From: Escherichia coli | Lineage (GTDB): Bacteria > Pseudomonadota > Gammaproteobacteria > Enterobacterales > Enterobacteriaceae | NCBI RefSeq assembly: GCF_003790525.1 | Contig: NZ_CP033635.1 | Reading direction: 5' to 3' (one strand) | DNA length: 64,000 nucleotides | Part shown: positions 41,390 to 52,340 of the stretch, piece by piece | How positions within the stretch are numbered: position 1 is the first letter of the stretch | Layout: the number at the start of each line of letters is the position of its first letter | Made by a program: the position numbers and the translations under genes | The notes under the pieces: model-generated | What the model saw: the letters and a program-made list of their open reading frames with translations, nothing else | Told to the model about the DNA's origin: nothing | Database searches by the model: none

Positions 41390-43438
41390 TTACTTGACGG
41401 GAGCGGGTTGTTCCGCGGGTCTGGCTTTTTCAAGCTTCGCCAGATCGAGTGCGATATTCACCGTCTCATCCAGATAAGGATCTGGCTCCTGGTAATCTTT
41501 CGGTAGATCATCCAGTTTCTTCAACTCCGGTTTACCTTCGCGTTTAAAGCGTTCGTTCAAACGCGCCAGACGCGTCGCATCATCTTCATTATTCTCTTTC
41601 TCACGCACAGCGTAATTCAGAGAAACGATATTGCGCTTGTCCTTCATAGCGTTGAAGCGTGCGATATCCTTCATGATGTTCTGGAACTCAGGATCTTTCG
41701 CGATACGCGCATTATGTTCCTTCAGCAGCTCCGGTTCAAAGGCCGTTAAATCTCCTGATTTCACATAAGTCGCGGCATCAATGCTATCCCACGGCAGCGC
41801 GTTATCTTCGAATTTCTCACCCGTTTCCGTTTCTTCATTACCCGTCGGCATGATGATGTCTGGCGTTACGCCTTTACGTTGCGTACTGCCGCCGTTAACG
41901 CGATAGAATTTCTGGATCGTGTACTGCACAGATCCCAGCGCTGGCCATTCAGGACGTAACATCTGATCGTAGATACGGTTCAATGAACGGTATTGCTGAA
42001 CGGTGCCTTTACCAAACGTCGGTTCACCCACAACCAGCGCACGACCGTAATCCTGCATTGCCGCGGCAAAGATTTCTGAAGCCGAAGCACTGAAACGGTC
42101 AACCAGTACCACCAGCGGGCCTTTATAGAAGACCTGTCCGTCGGTATCGCTGTCTTCACGAACTTTACCGTTGTTATCACGGACCTGAACAATCGGGCCG
42201 GATGGAATAAACAGACCGGAGAGCGATACCGCTTCGGTCAGCGCCCCACCACCATTGCTACGCAGGTCGATGATGACGCTGCTGACATTCTGTTTTTCCA
42301 GTTTCTGCAGCTGTACTTTGACATCATCTGTCAAACCCACATAGAAGCCCGGAATATCCAGCACGCCGACTTTCTCTTTACCGACGGTCTTCACCGACAT
42401 TTTAACCGCGCGGTCTTCGAGACGAATACGTTCACGGGTCAACGTTACAGTACGGGTCTTGGTCCCTTTACCAGCAGGTAAAATTTCCAGACGAACTTTA
42501 CTGCCCTTCGGCCCTTTAATTAAGGCAACCACATCATCAAGACGCCAACCAATCACGTCAACCATCGGCTTGCCTGTTTGACCAACACCGACAATTTTGT
42601 CACCAACGCTGATAGCTTTACTCTTCGCTGCCGGGCCACCTGCCACCATCGAATTGATAACGGTGTAGTCATCATCCATTTGCAGCACTGCGCCAATACC
42701 TTCCAGCGACAAACTCATTTCAGTGTTGAACTGTTCGGTATTTCGCGGGGAAAGATAGTTGGTATGCGGGTCGATTTCACGCGCAAACGCCGTCATTGCC
42801 AGCGAGAAAACATCTTCGCTGTTGGTTTGCGCCAGACGACGAATGGCAAATTTGTAGCGGCGAGTCAGGGTTTCACGAATTTCTTTATCCGTTTTTCCTG
42901 CCAGCTTCAGGCTTAACTCGTCGAATTTGACTTTACTGTCCCACAGCGCGTTCAACTCAGCCTCGTTTTTCGGCCAGGGCGCTTTGCTGCGGTCAAGGTT
43001 ATAAGTGTCGTTGCCGGTGAAATCCATCGGCTTTTCCAGTACCGACAAAGCGTACTGGTAACGTTCAAAACGACGCTTTTGCGCCAGATTGTAGAGATCG
43101 TAGAAAACGTCGAGTTTGCCTGAACGCAGTTCATCGCCTAACTCGGTTTTCTTTTTCGCGAACTGTTCAACATCGCTTGCCAACAGCACGTTGTGGCTGT
43201 AATCGAGCAGATTCAGGTAGCGGTCAAAGATTTTGGCCGAAAATGCCTGATCGAGGTCGAACTGGCGATAATGAGAACGGGTGAAGCGCGACGTTACGCG
43301 CTCACTTACCGTCGCATGCTGCGTCTCTTCCTTTAATACCGGAATTTGATCAGCACGCGTGATATCTTCTACAGCGAAGGTCTGGCCTGCTATTGCAAGC
43401 AGGCCAGCTAACGCGGTAAGCCTAAAAAACATGTTCAT
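41390..43438 (-). CDS. prc: tail-specific periplasmic protease Prc (Tsp), 682 aa
   Basis: ORF 41390..43486; ATG at 43438 (MNMFFRLTALAGLLAIAGQTFA...) gives 682 aa; PDZ and S41 peptidase regions. Confidence 0.95.
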   Translation of the reverse strand: MNMFFRLTALAGLLAIAGQTFAVEDITRADQIPVLKEETQHATVSERVTSRFTRSHYRQFDLDQAFSAKIFDRYLNLLDYSHNVLLASDVEQFAKKKTELGDELRSGKLDVFYDLYNLAQKRRFERYQYALSVLEKPMDFTGNDTYNLDRSKAPWPKNEAELNALWDSKVKFDELSLKLAGKTDKEIRETLTRRYKFAIRRLAQTNSEDVFSLAMTAFAREIDPHTNYLSPRNTEQFNTEMSLSLEGIGAVLQMDDDYTVINSMVAGGPAAKSKAISVGDKIVGVGQTGKPMVDVIGWRLDDVVALIKGPKGSKVRLEILPAGKGTKTRTVTLTRERIRLEDRAVKMSVKTVGKEKVGVLDIPGFYVGLTDDVKVQLQKLEKQNVSSVIIDLRSNGGGALTEAVSLSGLFIPSGPIVQVRDNNGKVREDSDTDGQVFYKGPLVVLVDRFSASASEIFAAAMQDYGRALVVGEPTFGKGTVQQYRSLNRIYDQMLRPEWPALGSVQYTIQKFYRVNGGSTQRKGVTPDIIMPTGNEETETGEKFEDNALPWDSIDAATYVKSGDLTAFEPELLKEHNARIAKDPEFQNIMKDIARFNAMKDKRNIVSLNYAVREKENNEDDATRLARLNERFKREGKPELKKLDDLPKDYQEPDPYLDETVNIALDLAKLEKARPAEQPAPVK

Positions 43439-43457
43439 GCCTGGCCCGGCCTCCGTT

Positions 43458-44156
43458 TCAGAACACCAGGTGTTCTGCGCGCACAATCAAAGACATACCC
43501 GAATTCAGCTGGACGCGGACGCCGTCTTTGGTGATTTCTAATACGGTGGCATCCATCGCGTTTTGACCCGCTTTCACCTTCAGGGCTTGTCCGACAGTCA
43601 GAGCTGAAATGTCAGAAACCGGGGTGTGCTGTTCTTCGCGAGGTGCTTTTACTGTTTTTGGCGCTTTCTCTACCGGCTTTTGCGCACGAGGTTTACGTTC
43701 AGCGCCTTCTTTGCGGCGTGGCGTGGTCGGACGTGGCTTGCGTTCGCGGCGCGGTGCGTCTTCTTTCTCACCAGCAGCTGCGGCAGCTTCGCGTTTTTTC
43801 GCTTGCTGTTCAGCACGCTGTGCCTGAACACGCGCTTTCGCTTCTTCAAGCTGCTTGCGAGCATGCTCGACATGTTGCTCGTCCAGCTCACCGCATGGGT
43901 TGCCGTCAAGATCGACACGCGTTGCGCCGGGTTTAACACCGTAAAGGTAACGCCAGCTCGAAGTGTAGAGACGTAAAGCGGATCGCAATTGCGTTTTGCT
44001 CAGGTTCATTTCCCCGGCAACACGATCGACCAAATCCTGAAAAATACCGATTTTCAGCGGACGCGCTTCACCTTCCGCACTGAAACAGTGGGGAAAACGT
44101 TCGGCCAGAAACGCGATTACTTCTTTACTGCTATTCAACTTAGGTTGATTTTCCAT
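43458..44156 (-). CDS. proQ: RNA chaperone ProQ, 232 aa
   Basis: Full-length ORF; N-terminal FinO-like domain, basic Ala/Lys/Arg-rich linker, C-terminal Tudor-like domain. Confidence 0.96.
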
Positions 44157-44252
44157 GAAATTTCCTGATTACAACGGACGTAGCCAACAAGCGCAGGCAT
44201 GAACAGGCGTCATTATAATGACGCTATCAGTAAATGCTACGTTATCCGTTGA

Positions 44253-44750
44253 TTATCCTGCGACGCTCGCAAAGAATTTTTTGTAATCCGTCGTTGCAAG
44301 CACCTTTTCAAGCTGTGCCACAAGCTGACGTAAGCCTTGCTCGTCCTCGTCTGTAAAGCGACCGAAGACGGTACTGTCGATGTCGAGAACACCAATAATC
44401 TGATTTTTCACCACCAGTGGCAGAACAATTTCAGAATTACTCGCCGCATCACAGGCAATATGCCCGTCAAACGCGTGAACATCCTCGATACGCTGCACTT
44501 GATTGCGGGCAACCGCAGTGCCGCATACGCCGCGCCCAACGGGTATCCGGACACAGGCAATTTTGCCCTGAAATGGTCCGAGCACCAGTGTATCGTCGTC
44601 AAGCAAATAAAAACCTGCCCAGTTTACGTCAGTGAGACGCTCATATAACAACGCACTGGTGTTCGCAAGCGTTGCCAGAAAACTGGTTTCTCCCGCCATC
44701 AGCGCGTTAAAGTCGCGATTAAAATCCGCGTAAAATTCTGCTTTGTTCAT
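44253..44750 (-). CDS. msrC: free methionine-(R)-sulfoxide reductase MsrC (YebR), GAF domain, 165 aa
   Basis: ORF 44253..44804; ATG at 44750 (MNKAEFYADFNRD...) gives 165 aa. Confidence 0.92.
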   Translation of the reverse strand: MNKAEFYADFNRDFNALMAGETSFLATLANTSALLYERLTDVNWAGFYLLDDDTLVLGPFQGKIACVRIPVGRGVCGTAVARNQVQRIEDVHAFDGHIACDAASNSEIVLPLVVKNQIIGVLDIDSTVFGRFTDEDEQGLRQLVAQLEKVLATTDYKKFFASVAG

Positions 44751-44879
44751 TATATAATCACTTGGTTGTCTTACCTGGAACTGCCAGCCTATTAAAATAA
44801 GCATTAAATGCGTTAATGCTCAAGATCATTCCCATCATGGGTTAAGATTAATGTTAATTCTTATTACATTTGGCACGTC

Positions 44880-46163
44880 ATGGCTCTTAACACACCACAA
44901 ATTACGCCGACAAAGAAGATAACAGTGAGGGCTATCGGCGAGGAACTGCCGCGTGGTGATTACCAACGTTGCCCGCAATGTGACATGCTGTTTAGCCTGC
45001 CCGAGATAAATTCTCATCAAAGTGCCTATTGTCCGCGCTGTCAGGCAAAAATTCGTGACGGGCGCGACTGGTCGCTAACGCGCCTGGCGGCAATGGCGTT
45101 CGCTATGCTGTTGTTGATGCCGTTTGCCTGGGGCGAACCGCTGTTGCATATCTGGCTGTTAGGCATCCGTATTGACGCCAACGTTATGCAAGGCATCTGG
45201 CAAATGACCAAACAGGGCGATGCGATAACGGGGTCGATGGTCTTTTTTTGCGTTATTGGTGCCCCCCTTATTCTGGTGACCTCCATAGCTTATTTATGGT
45301 TTGGTAACCGACTGGGAATGAATTTACGTCCGGTACTGCTGATGCTTGAGCGACTGAAAGAGTGGGTAATGCTCGATATCTACCTGGTCGGCATTGGCGT
45401 TGCTTCTATAAAGGTACAGGATTATGCCCATATCCAGGCGGGTGTCGGCTTGTTCTCTTTTGTGGCGTTGGTGATTTTAACGACGGTGACGTTGTCACAT
45501 CTTAATGTCGAAGAACTGTGGGAGCGATTTTATCCGCAGTGCCCCGCTACGCGAAGGGACGAGAAACTCCGTGTCTGTCTTGGGTGTCATTTTACCGGCT
45601 ATCCTGATCAGCGTGGTCGCTGCCCGCGTTGCCATATCCCGCTACGCCTGCGTCGCCGTCATAGTCTGCAAAAATGCTGGGCGGCGCTGTTAGCGTCAAT
45701 CGTTTTGTTGTTACCTGCCAACCTGTTGCCTATCTCTATCATTTATCTGAATGGTGGTCGGCAGGAAGATACGATTCTTTCCGGAATTATGTCGCTGGCA
45801 AGTAGCAACATTGCGGTTGCGGGAATCGTGTTTATCGCCAGTATTCTGGTACCGTTTACTAAAGTGATCGTCATGTTCACTTTACTGTTGAGTATTCATT
45901 TTAAATGCCAGCAAGGTTTACGCACACGCATTCTGTTACTGCGGATGGTGACCTGGATTGGTCGCTGGTCGATGCTCGACCTGTTTGTCATATCTTTAAC
46001 CATGTCGCTGATTAATCGCGATCAGATCCTCGCTTTTACTATGGGACCGGCTGCGTTTTATTTCGGCGCAGCGGTAATTTTGACTATTCTTGCTGTGGAA
46101 TGGCTGGACAGCCGCTTACTTTGGGATGCACATGAGTCAGGAAACGCCCGCTTCGACGACTGA
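44880..46163 (+). CDS. letA: PqiA-family inner membrane protein LetA (YebS), 427 aa
   Basis: Full-length ORF; two PqiA repeats each with a Cys4 zinc-ribbon (CPQC...CPRC; CLGC...CPRC). Confidence 0.93.
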   Translation: MALNTPQITPTKKITVRAIGEELPRGDYQRCPQCDMLFSLPEINSHQSAYCPRCQAKIRDGRDWSLTRLAAMAFAMLLLMPFAWGEPLLHIWLLGIRIDANVMQGIWQMTKQGDAITGSMVFFCVIGAPLILVTSIAYLWFGNRLGMNLRPVLLMLERLKEWVMLDIYLVGIGVASIKVQDYAHIQAGVGLFSFVALVILTTVTLSHLNVEELWERFYPQCPATRRDEKLRVCLGCHFTGYPDQRGRCPRCHIPLRLRRRHSLQKCWAALLASIVLLLPANLLPISIIYLNGGRQEDTILSGIMSLASSNIAVAGIVFIASILVPFTKVIVMFTLLLSIHFKCQQGLRTRILLLRMVTWIGRWSMLDLFVISLTMSLINRDQILAFTMGPAAFYFGAAVILTILAVEWLDSRLLWDAHESGNARFDD

Positions 46164-48765
46164 AGCGCAGATTAAAAATAAACGCCGTATCTCACCTTTC
46201 TGGCTGCTGCCGTTCATCGCGCTAATGATTGCTGGTTGGCTGATTTGGGACAGTTATCAGGACCGGGGTAATACTGTCACCATCGACTTTATGTCGGCGG
46301 ATGGTATTGTTCCAGGCCGTACGCCTGTTCGTTATCAGGGCGTTGAAGTCGGAACTGTGCAGGATATCAGCCTCAGCGACGATCTTCGTAAGATTGAAGT
46401 CAAGGTCAGCATCAAGTCCGATATGAAAGATGCGCTGCGCGAAGAGACACAGTTCTGGTTGGTGACGCCAAAGGCCTCGTTGGCAGGTGTCTCCGGGCTG
46501 GACGCCCTCGTCGGTGGTAATTATATCGGCATGATGCCGGGCAAAGGTAAAGAGCAGGATCACTTTGTCGCACTCGACACCCAACCGAAATATCGGCTGG
46601 ACAATGGCGATCTGATGATCCACCTGCAAGCCCCCGATCTCGGTTCACTGAGCAGTGGTTCATTGGTCTATTTCCGCAAGATCCCGGTGGGTAAAGTCTA
46701 CGACTATGCCATCAATCCCAATAAGCAAGGCGTGGTGATTGATGTCCTGATCGAGCGGCGTTTTACCGATCTGGTGAAAAAAGGTAGCCGTTTCTGGAAC
46801 GTTTCCGGCGTTGATGCCAACGTCAGTATCAGTGGCGCGAAGGTGAAACTGGAAAGTCTGGCGGCACTGGTTAACGGTGCGATTGCCTTCGATTCACCTG
46901 AAGAGTCGAAACCTGCCGAGGCGGAAGATACCTTTGGTCTGTATGAAGATCTCGCCCACAGCCAGCGTGGCGTAATAATAAAACTGGAACTGCCGAGTGG
47001 GGCCGGATTAACCGCCGACTCGACGCCGTTAATGTATCAGGGGCTGGAAGTCGGACAGCTGACTAAACTGGATTTAAATCCTGGTGGTAAAGTCACTGGG
47101 GAAATGACCGTTGATCCCAGCGTCGTCACCCTGCTTCGTGAAAATACCCGCATCGAATTACGCAACCCGAAATTATCCCTTAGCGATGCCAATCTCAGCG
47201 CCCTGCTGACCGGAAAAACCTTTGAGTTGGTGCCCGGCGATGGCGAGCCACGCAAAGAGTTCGTTGTTGTGCCAGGCGAAAAAGCACTGCTGCATGAACC
47301 TGATGTTCTGACACTGACCCTGACAGCACCGGAAAGTTACGGTATTGATGCTGGTCAGCCGCTCATTCTTCACGGCGTGCAGGTAGGCCAGGTTATTGAT
47401 CGTAAACTCACCAGCAAAGGCGTCACCTTTACCGTCGCCATCGAGCCTCAGCATCGAGAACTGGTAAAAGGCGATAGCAAATTTGTCGTCAACAGCCGTG
47501 TCGACGTGAAGGTGGGGCTGGATGGCGTTGAGTTTCTCGGAGCCAGCGCCTCAGAATGGATTAACGGCGGGATACGTATTCTGCCGGGCGATAAAGGCGA
47601 GATGAAAGCCAGCTATCCACTGTATGCCAATCTGGAAAAAGCGCTGGAGAACAGCCTTAGCGATTTACCCACCACAACCCTAAGTTTGAGTGCAGAGACG
47701 CTGCCGGATGTGCAGGCAGGATCGGTAGTGCTGTACCGTAAATTTGAAGTTGGTGAAGTTATTACCGTGCGTCCGCGAGCTAACGCGTTTGATATCGATC
47801 TGCATATTAAGCCGGAGTATCGCAACCTTCTGACCAGCAATAGCGTGTTCTGGGCAGAAGGCGGGGCGAAAGTTCAGCTGAATGGTAGTGGCCTGACCGT
47901 ACAGGCATCCCCGCTCTCCAGAGCATTAAAGGGAGCCATTAGCTTCGATAACCTCAGCGGTGCCAGCGCCAGTCAGCGTAAAGGCGACAAACGTATTCTG
48001 TATGCTTCCGAAACAGCGGCCCGTGCGGTTGGCGGGCAGATTACGCTTCACGCTTTCGATGCCGGAAAACTGGCGGTCGGGATGCCAATTCGCTATCTCG
48101 GTATTGATATCGGGCAAATCCAGACGCTGTATCTGATTACCGCGCGCAATGAAGTGCAGGCAAAAGCGGTGCTCTATCCGGAGTATGTCCAGACCTTCGC
48201 CCGCGGCGGTACGCGCTTCTCGGTGGTCACACCGCAAATTTCAGCCGCGGGCGTTGAGCATCTTGATACCATCCTCCAGCCGTATATCAACGTCGAACCA
48301 GGTCGGGGTAATCCTCGCCGCGACTTTGAGTTGCAAGAAGCCACCATTACTGATTCGCGTTACCTGGATGGCTTAAGCATTATTGTTGAAGCGCCGGAAG
48401 CCGGTTCGTTAGGTATTGGTACGCCTGTGCTGTTCCGTGGTCTGGAAGTCGGTACGGTTACCGGAATGACGCTGGGGACATTGTCTGATCGCGTGATGAT
48501 TGCGATGCGCATCAGTAAACGCTATCAACACCTGGTGCGCAACAATTCCGTCTTCTGGTTGGCATCAGGTTACAGTCTGGACTTTGGTCTGACGGGCGGA
48601 GTAGTGAAAACCGGCACCTTTAACCAATTTATCCGTGGCGGCATCGCCTTCGCCACGCCTCCGGGTACGCCACTGGCACCGAAAGCCCAGGAAGGCAAGC
48701 ACTTCCTGTTGCAGGAAAGTGAACCGAAAGAGTGGCGTGAATGGGGAACTGCGCTTCCCAAATAA
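46132..48765 (+). CDS. letB: multi-MCE-domain envelope-spanning protein LetB (YebT), 877 aa
   Basis: ORF 46090..48765; ATG at 46132 (MSQETPAST...) gives 877 aa; N-terminal TM then tandem MCE domains; overlaps the letA 3' end by 32 nt. Confidence 0.93.
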   Translation: MSQETPASTTEAQIKNKRRISPFWLLPFIALMIAGWLIWDSYQDRGNTVTIDFMSADGIVPGRTPVRYQGVEVGTVQDISLSDDLRKIEVKVSIKSDMKDALREETQFWLVTPKASLAGVSGLDALVGGNYIGMMPGKGKEQDHFVALDTQPKYRLDNGDLMIHLQAPDLGSLSSGSLVYFRKIPVGKVYDYAINPNKQGVVIDVLIERRFTDLVKKGSRFWNVSGVDANVSISGAKVKLESLAALVNGAIAFDSPEESKPAEAEDTFGLYEDLAHSQRGVIIKLELPSGAGLTADSTPLMYQGLEVGQLTKLDLNPGGKVTGEMTVDPSVVTLLRENTRIELRNPKLSLSDANLSALLTGKTFELVPGDGEPRKEFVVVPGEKALLHEPDVLTLTLTAPESYGIDAGQPLILHGVQVGQVIDRKLTSKGVTFTVAIEPQHRELVKGDSKFVVNSRVDVKVGLDGVEFLGASASEWINGGIRILPGDKGEMKASYPLYANLEKALENSLSDLPTTTLSLSAETLPDVQAGSVVLYRKFEVGEVITVRPRANAFDIDLHIKPEYRNLLTSNSVFWAEGGAKVQLNGSGLTVQASPLSRALKGAISFDNLSGASASQRKGDKRILYASETAARAVGGQITLHAFDAGKLAVGMPIRYLGIDIGQIQTLYLITARNEVQAKAVLYPEYVQTFARGGTRFSVVTPQISAAGVEHLDTILQPYINVEPGRGNPRRDFELQEATITDSRYLDGLSIIVEAPEAGSLGIGTPVLFRGLEVGTVTGMTLGTLSDRVMIAMRISKRYQHLVRNNSVFWLASGYSLDFGLTGGVVKTGTFNQFIRGGIAFATPPGTPLAPKAQEGKHFLLQESEPKEWREWGTALPK

Positions 48766-48773
48766 TGCCCACT

Positions 48774-48800
48774 GCTCCGGCGTGTCTGCGCCGGAGCGTT
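48774..48800 (+). terminator. possible hairpin terminator downstream of letB
   Basis: GCTCCGGCG-TGTCT-GCGCCGGAGC followed by GTTTATG; T-tract is weak. Confidence 0.4.
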
Positions 48801-48844
48801 TATGCTAAACTGCGCGCCTGTTTTTTTGCCAGTGGTATATGCTC

Positions 48845-50284
48845 GTGGCCCAACACACCGTTTATTTCCCGGACGCCTTTCTGACACAAATGCGCGAAGC
48901 TATGCCTTCGACGCTCTCTTTTGATGATTTTCTTGCCGCCTGTCAGCGCCCGTTGCGCCGCAGCATTCGCGTTAATACGCTGAAAATCTCCGTTGCTGAT
49001 TTCCTGCAATTAACCGCTCCTTATGGCTGGACGCTTACGCCAATTCCGTGGTGTGAAGAAGGTTTCTGGATTGAACGCGACGATGAAGATGCATTGCCAT
49101 TGGGTAGTACCGCCGAGCATTTAAGCGGCCTGTTTTATATTCAGGAAGCCAGTTCAATGTTGCCCGTTGCCGCCTTGTTTGCTGACGGTAATGCACCACA
49201 GCGGGTGATGGATGTCGCTGCCGCGCCCGGCTCCAAAACGACGCAAATTGCCGCGCGGATGAATAACGAAGGGGCGATCCTTGCCAATGAGTTTTCCGCC
49301 AGTCGGGTAAAAGTGTTACATGCCAATATCAGCCGCTGTGGCATCAGTAATGTTGCGCTCACACATTTTGATGGCCGCGTGTTTGGTGCGGCAGTGCCAG
49401 AAATGTTCGATGCCATTTTGCTGGACGCTCCCTGCTCCGGCGAAGGCGTGGTGCGTAAAGATCCCGATGCGCTAAAAAACTGGTCACCAGAAAGCAATCA
49501 GGAAATCGCAGCGACCCAACGGGAACTGATCGACAGCGCCTTTCATGCATTACGCCCTGGCGGTACGCTGGTTTACTCGACCTGTACCTTAAACAGGGAA
49601 GAAAACGAAGCCGTTTGCCTGTGGCTGAAAGAGACTTACCCCGACGCAGTAGAGTTTTTACCGCTTGGCGATCTCTTCCCTGGTGCAAATAAGGCGCTGA
49701 CCGAAGAAGGCTTTTTGCATGTTTTCCCACAAATTTACGACTGCGAAGGCTTCTTCGTTGCTCGTCTGCGTAAAACTCAGGCGATCCCCGTCTTACCCGC
49801 CCCAAAATACAAAGTGGGCAATTTCCCGTTTAGCCCGGTGAAAGATCGCGAAGCCGGTCAAATTCGTCAGGCGGCTGCAGGTGTTGGCTTAAACTGGGAT
49901 GGAAACCTGCGACTCTGGCAACGCGACAAAGAACTGTGGTTGTTCCCGGTAGGCATTGAAGCCCTGATCGGTAAAGTCCGATTTTCTCGGTTGGGGATTA
50001 AACTTGCCGAAACGCATAACAAAGGTTATCGCTGGCAGCATGAAGCGGTTATTGCCCTTGCCTCCCCCGACAATGTGAACGCTTTTGAACTGACACCGCA
50101 GGAAGCGGAAGAGTGGTATCGCGGGCGCGATGTTTACCCGCAAGCCGCGCCAGTAGCGGATGATGTATTGGTTACTTTCCAGCATCAGCCGATTGGTTTA
50201 GCCAAACGAATTGGTTCGCGACTGAAAAACAGCTACCCGCGTGAACTGGTGCGAGACGGGAAACTTTTTACCGGTAACGCCTGA
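48845..50284 (+). CDS. rsmF: 16S rRNA (cytosine1407-C5)-methyltransferase RsmF (YebU), 479 aa
   Basis: ORF 48839..50284; GTG at 48845 gives the 479-aa product ([12 protein letters not shown]...); SAM-dependent MTase fold with catalytic Cys ([11 protein letters not shown]). Confidence 0.92.
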   Translation: MAQHTVYFPDAFLTQMREAMPSTLSFDDFLAACQRPLRRSIRVNTLKISVADFLQLTAPYGWTLTPIPWCEEGFWIERDDEDALPLGSTAEHLSGLFYIQEASSMLPVAALFADGNAPQRVMDVAAAPGSKTTQIAARMNNEGAILANEFSASRVKVLHANISRCGISNVALTHFDGRVFGAAVPEMFDAILLDAPCSGEGVVRKDPDALKNWSPESNQEIAATQRELIDSAFHALRPGGTLVYSTCTLNREENEAVCLWLKETYPDAVEFLPLGDLFPGANKALTEEGFLHVFPQIYDCEGFFVARLRKTQAIPVLPAPKYKVGNFPFSPVKDREAGQIRQAAAGVGLNWDGNLRLWQRDKELWLFPVGIEALIGKVRFSRLGIKLAETHNKGYRWQHEAVIALASPDNVNAFELTPQEAEEWYRGRDVYPQAAPVADDVLVTFQHQPIGLAKRIGSRLKNSYPRELVRDGKLFTGNA

Positions 50285-50401
50285 CAGCGCACAAAAAAAG
50301 CGCACTTTTTGACTGGCACATTCGGCTGCCTCAACTAGGCTGAAAAATGGTGCGATCGGACTGGTCGTACCACAATCGGCAGCTAAATGGAGAGCACGAA
50401 G

Positions 50402-50638
50402 ATGAAAACCAGTGTGCGCATAGGCGCTTTTGAAATCGACGACGGCGAATTACACGGCGAATCGCCGGGTGATCGAACGTTAACCATTCCTTGTAAATCA
50501 GACCCCGATTTATGTATGCAACTGGATGCCTGGGATGCTGAAACCAGTATCCCTGCCCTGCTAAATGGCGAACACTCTGTCCTTTACCGTACCCGTTACG
50601 ATCAACAATCTGATGCCTGGATTATGCGTCTTGCCTGA
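50402..50638 (+). CDS. yebV: uncharacterised protein YebV, 78 aa
   Basis: ORF 50387..50638; ATG at 50402 gives 78 aa (MKTSVRIGAFEIDDGELHG...). Confidence 0.88.
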   Translation: MKTSVRIGAFEIDDGELHGESPGDRTLTIPCKSDPDLCMQLDAWDAETSIPALLNGEHSVLYRTRYDQQSDAWIMRLA

Positions 50639-50742
50639 TCCAAAAAGAACCCGTCGGCATGGCGGGTTATTTGTCCTGGTTATTCCCCCGTTGTAAAATC
50701 TCACCTAAACTTAACGGTACGGCACCACACTTCGGGGATGAA

Positions 50743-50934
50743 ATGTTCGCGCTGGTACTTTTTGTTTGCTACCTGGATGGCGGTTGTGAAGATATTGTTG
50801 TGGATGTCTACAACACGGAACAGCAGTGTCTTTATTCTATGAGCGATCAACGGATCCGCCATGGCGGTTGTTTTCCGATTGAGGATTTTATAGATGGTTT
50901 CTGGCGACCTGCACAGGAATACGGTGATTTTTAA
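50743..50934 (+). CDS. yebW: uncharacterised protein YebW, 63 aa
   Basis: ORF 50659..50934; ATG at 50743 gives 63 aa (MFALVLFVCYLDGGCEDIVVDVYNTEQQCLY...). Confidence 0.85.
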   Translation: MFALVLFVCYLDGGCEDIVVDVYNTEQQCLYSMSDQRIRHGGCFPIEDFIDGFWRPAQEYGDF

Positions 50935-51591
50935 TTATTGCAATTGCACAAGAGTCAGTTCGCCCCCAAAGACAGCACCTGTATCAATATAATGCAGGTT
51001 GCCAATATCCACGCGATGGCGCAACGGTGTATGACCAAACCAGAAATGATCAGCACCTGTAATTCCCTGCCCTTTTTGGCGTTCACCTAACCGCGAGCGG
51101 CTCCACAAGACCTGATGCAAATCGACGTCCTTTTGCCATTCATAAACATCATCCGGATAATCGGCATGGGCAATAACATGTTTGCCGGTGCGACTGTGTA
51201 CTTCAAGAATAAAGGGCAAATACTGACATTTTTCCAGCGCCGTTTTCGCTTGTTTCTGTTGATAATCTGCCAGCGCAATAAACCAGTTGCCGCCATTCAT
51301 CAACCACAAAGACATCTGCTGGGATGCCAGCGCATCCATCGCCATCTGTTCATGATTGCCTCTTACCGCACGAACCCAATGTTGTTCCAGTAACTGCAGA
51401 CAACGTAAACTTTGCTGCCCACGATCGATAACGTCTCCCACTGAGATAAGTAAATCTCGCCACGGATCAAAACGACAATGCCATAATTTGCGGCGCAACT
51501 GCTCAAGACAACCGTGTATATCGCCTGAAAGCCAGATATGTCGCCATTGATGACCCGCAATTCTCTGATAAACGGGCGCAGGCTGTTTCAT
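50935..51591 (-). CDS. pphA: serine/threonine protein phosphatase 1 PphA (PrpA), 218 aa
   Basis: ORF 50935..51594; metallophosphatase motifs (GDIHG, GDVIDRG, GNHE); stop directly abuts the yebW stop. Confidence 0.93.
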   Translation of the reverse strand: MKQPAPVYQRIAGHQWRHIWLSGDIHGCLEQLRRKLWHCRFDPWRDLLISVGDVIDRGQQSLRCLQLLEQHWVRAVRGNHEQMAMDALASQQMSLWLMNGGNWFIALADYQQKQAKTALEKCQYLPFILEVHSRTGKHVIAHADYPDDVYEWQKDVDLHQVLWSRSRLGERQKGQGITGADHFWFGHTPLRHRVDIGNLHYIDTGAVFGGELTLVQLQ

Positions 51592-51725
51592 CAATATTTT
51601 CCTCCCGCGCTAAAGATCACATAATCTTAACAAGAATGTTAAAAAACGCTGGACTCAGACAGTAGAGTGTGTGTTATGGTTGACTATAAAGTCAGCGAAG
51701 GGAATGCTTCTGGCTTTTAACAGAT

Positions 51726-51828
51726 AAAAAGAGACCGAACACGATTCCTGTATTCGGTCCAGGGAAATGGCTCTTGGGAGAGAGCCGTGCGCTAAAAGTT
51801 GGCATTAATGCAGGCTTAGTTGCCTTGC
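51726..51828 (-). ncRNA. sdsR: small regulatory RNA SdsR (RyeB)
   Basis: Minus strand reads GCAAGGCAACUAAGCCUGCAUUAAUGCCAACUUUUAGCGCACGGCUCUCUCCCAAGAGCCAUUUCCCUGGACCGAAUACAGGAAUCGUGUUCGGUCUCUUUUU, matching remembered SdsR including its 3' terminator hairpin and U-tail; sigma-S-type -10 (CTATTCTTAA) just upstream. Confidence 0.85.
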
Positions 51829-51915
51829 TCTTTAAGAATAGATGACGACGCCAGATTTTCCAGTTTGCGTGCAAAATGGTCAATAAAAAGCGCGGTGGTC
51901 ATCAGCTTAAATGTT

Positions 51916-51957
51916 AAAAACCGCCCGTTCTGGTGAAAGAACTGAGGCGGTTTTTTT
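51916..51957. terminator. bidirectional intrinsic terminator (RyeA on +, yebY on -)
   Basis: AAAAACCGCCCGTTC-loop-GAACTGAGGCGGTTTTTTT; A-run and T-run flank an imperfect stem. Confidence 0.65.
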
Positions 51958-51986
51958 ATTGGAAATCAAAAGGCTATTTTAGGTAA

Positions 51987-52328
51987 TTAACAGAGTTTTT
52001 CAGCTCGTTCTATAAACGGTGCCAGACTCATTTTTTCGCCGGGATTGTTAGGATCATTAATCTGAATCACCGAAATGGGTTGGGCTTTAGTCTTCCCACT
52101 GGCAACTTCCTTTTGTGCGATATCGTTTAAAGGATACTGCACGAGGGTACTTGGGTTGATGACATACAAAGCATTACCCGGTCGGCAAGTCAGCATCACC
52201 TCTTCGCGATTAAACGCCCATTTGTCTTTACCCACTTCAAAACGGCTGACGGTAATCACCTGCGGTGCAGCCAGCGCCGCTGCAGAACTGGTGAGTAACA
52301 GAAACGCCAGAATACTTTTTTTCATCAT
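51987..52328 (-). CDS. yebY: DUF2511 periplasmic protein YebY, 113 aa
   Basis: Full-length ORF; signal peptide ([20 protein letters not shown]). Confidence 0.9.
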   Translation of the reverse strand: MMKKSILAFLLLTSSAAALAAPQVITVSRFEVGKDKWAFNREEVMLTCRPGNALYVINPSTLVQYPLNDIAQKEVASGKTKAQPISVIQINDPNNPGEKMSLAPFIERAEKLC

Positions 52329-52340
52329 TTTCGTAATCCA

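Larger units (their letters stand above)
51705..51957 (+). ncRNA. ryeA: antisense sRNA RyeA (SraC), overlapping SdsR on the opposite strand (5' end approximate)
   Basis: RyeA is known to be transcribed opposite SdsR; candidate promoter TTGACT (51680..51685) and intrinsic terminator ending 51957; the 5' end is my inference. Confidence 0.45.

Noticed and set aside
43609-43976. Three overlapping plus-strand ORFs of 72-116 aa within proQ
   Set aside because: They are antisense to the Ala/Lys/Arg-rich linker of ProQ; the low-complexity sequence creates long stop-free frames. Not coding.
51692-51883. 63-aa minus-strand ORF between pphA and yebY
   Set aside because: It coincides with the SdsR sRNA sequence; non-coding.
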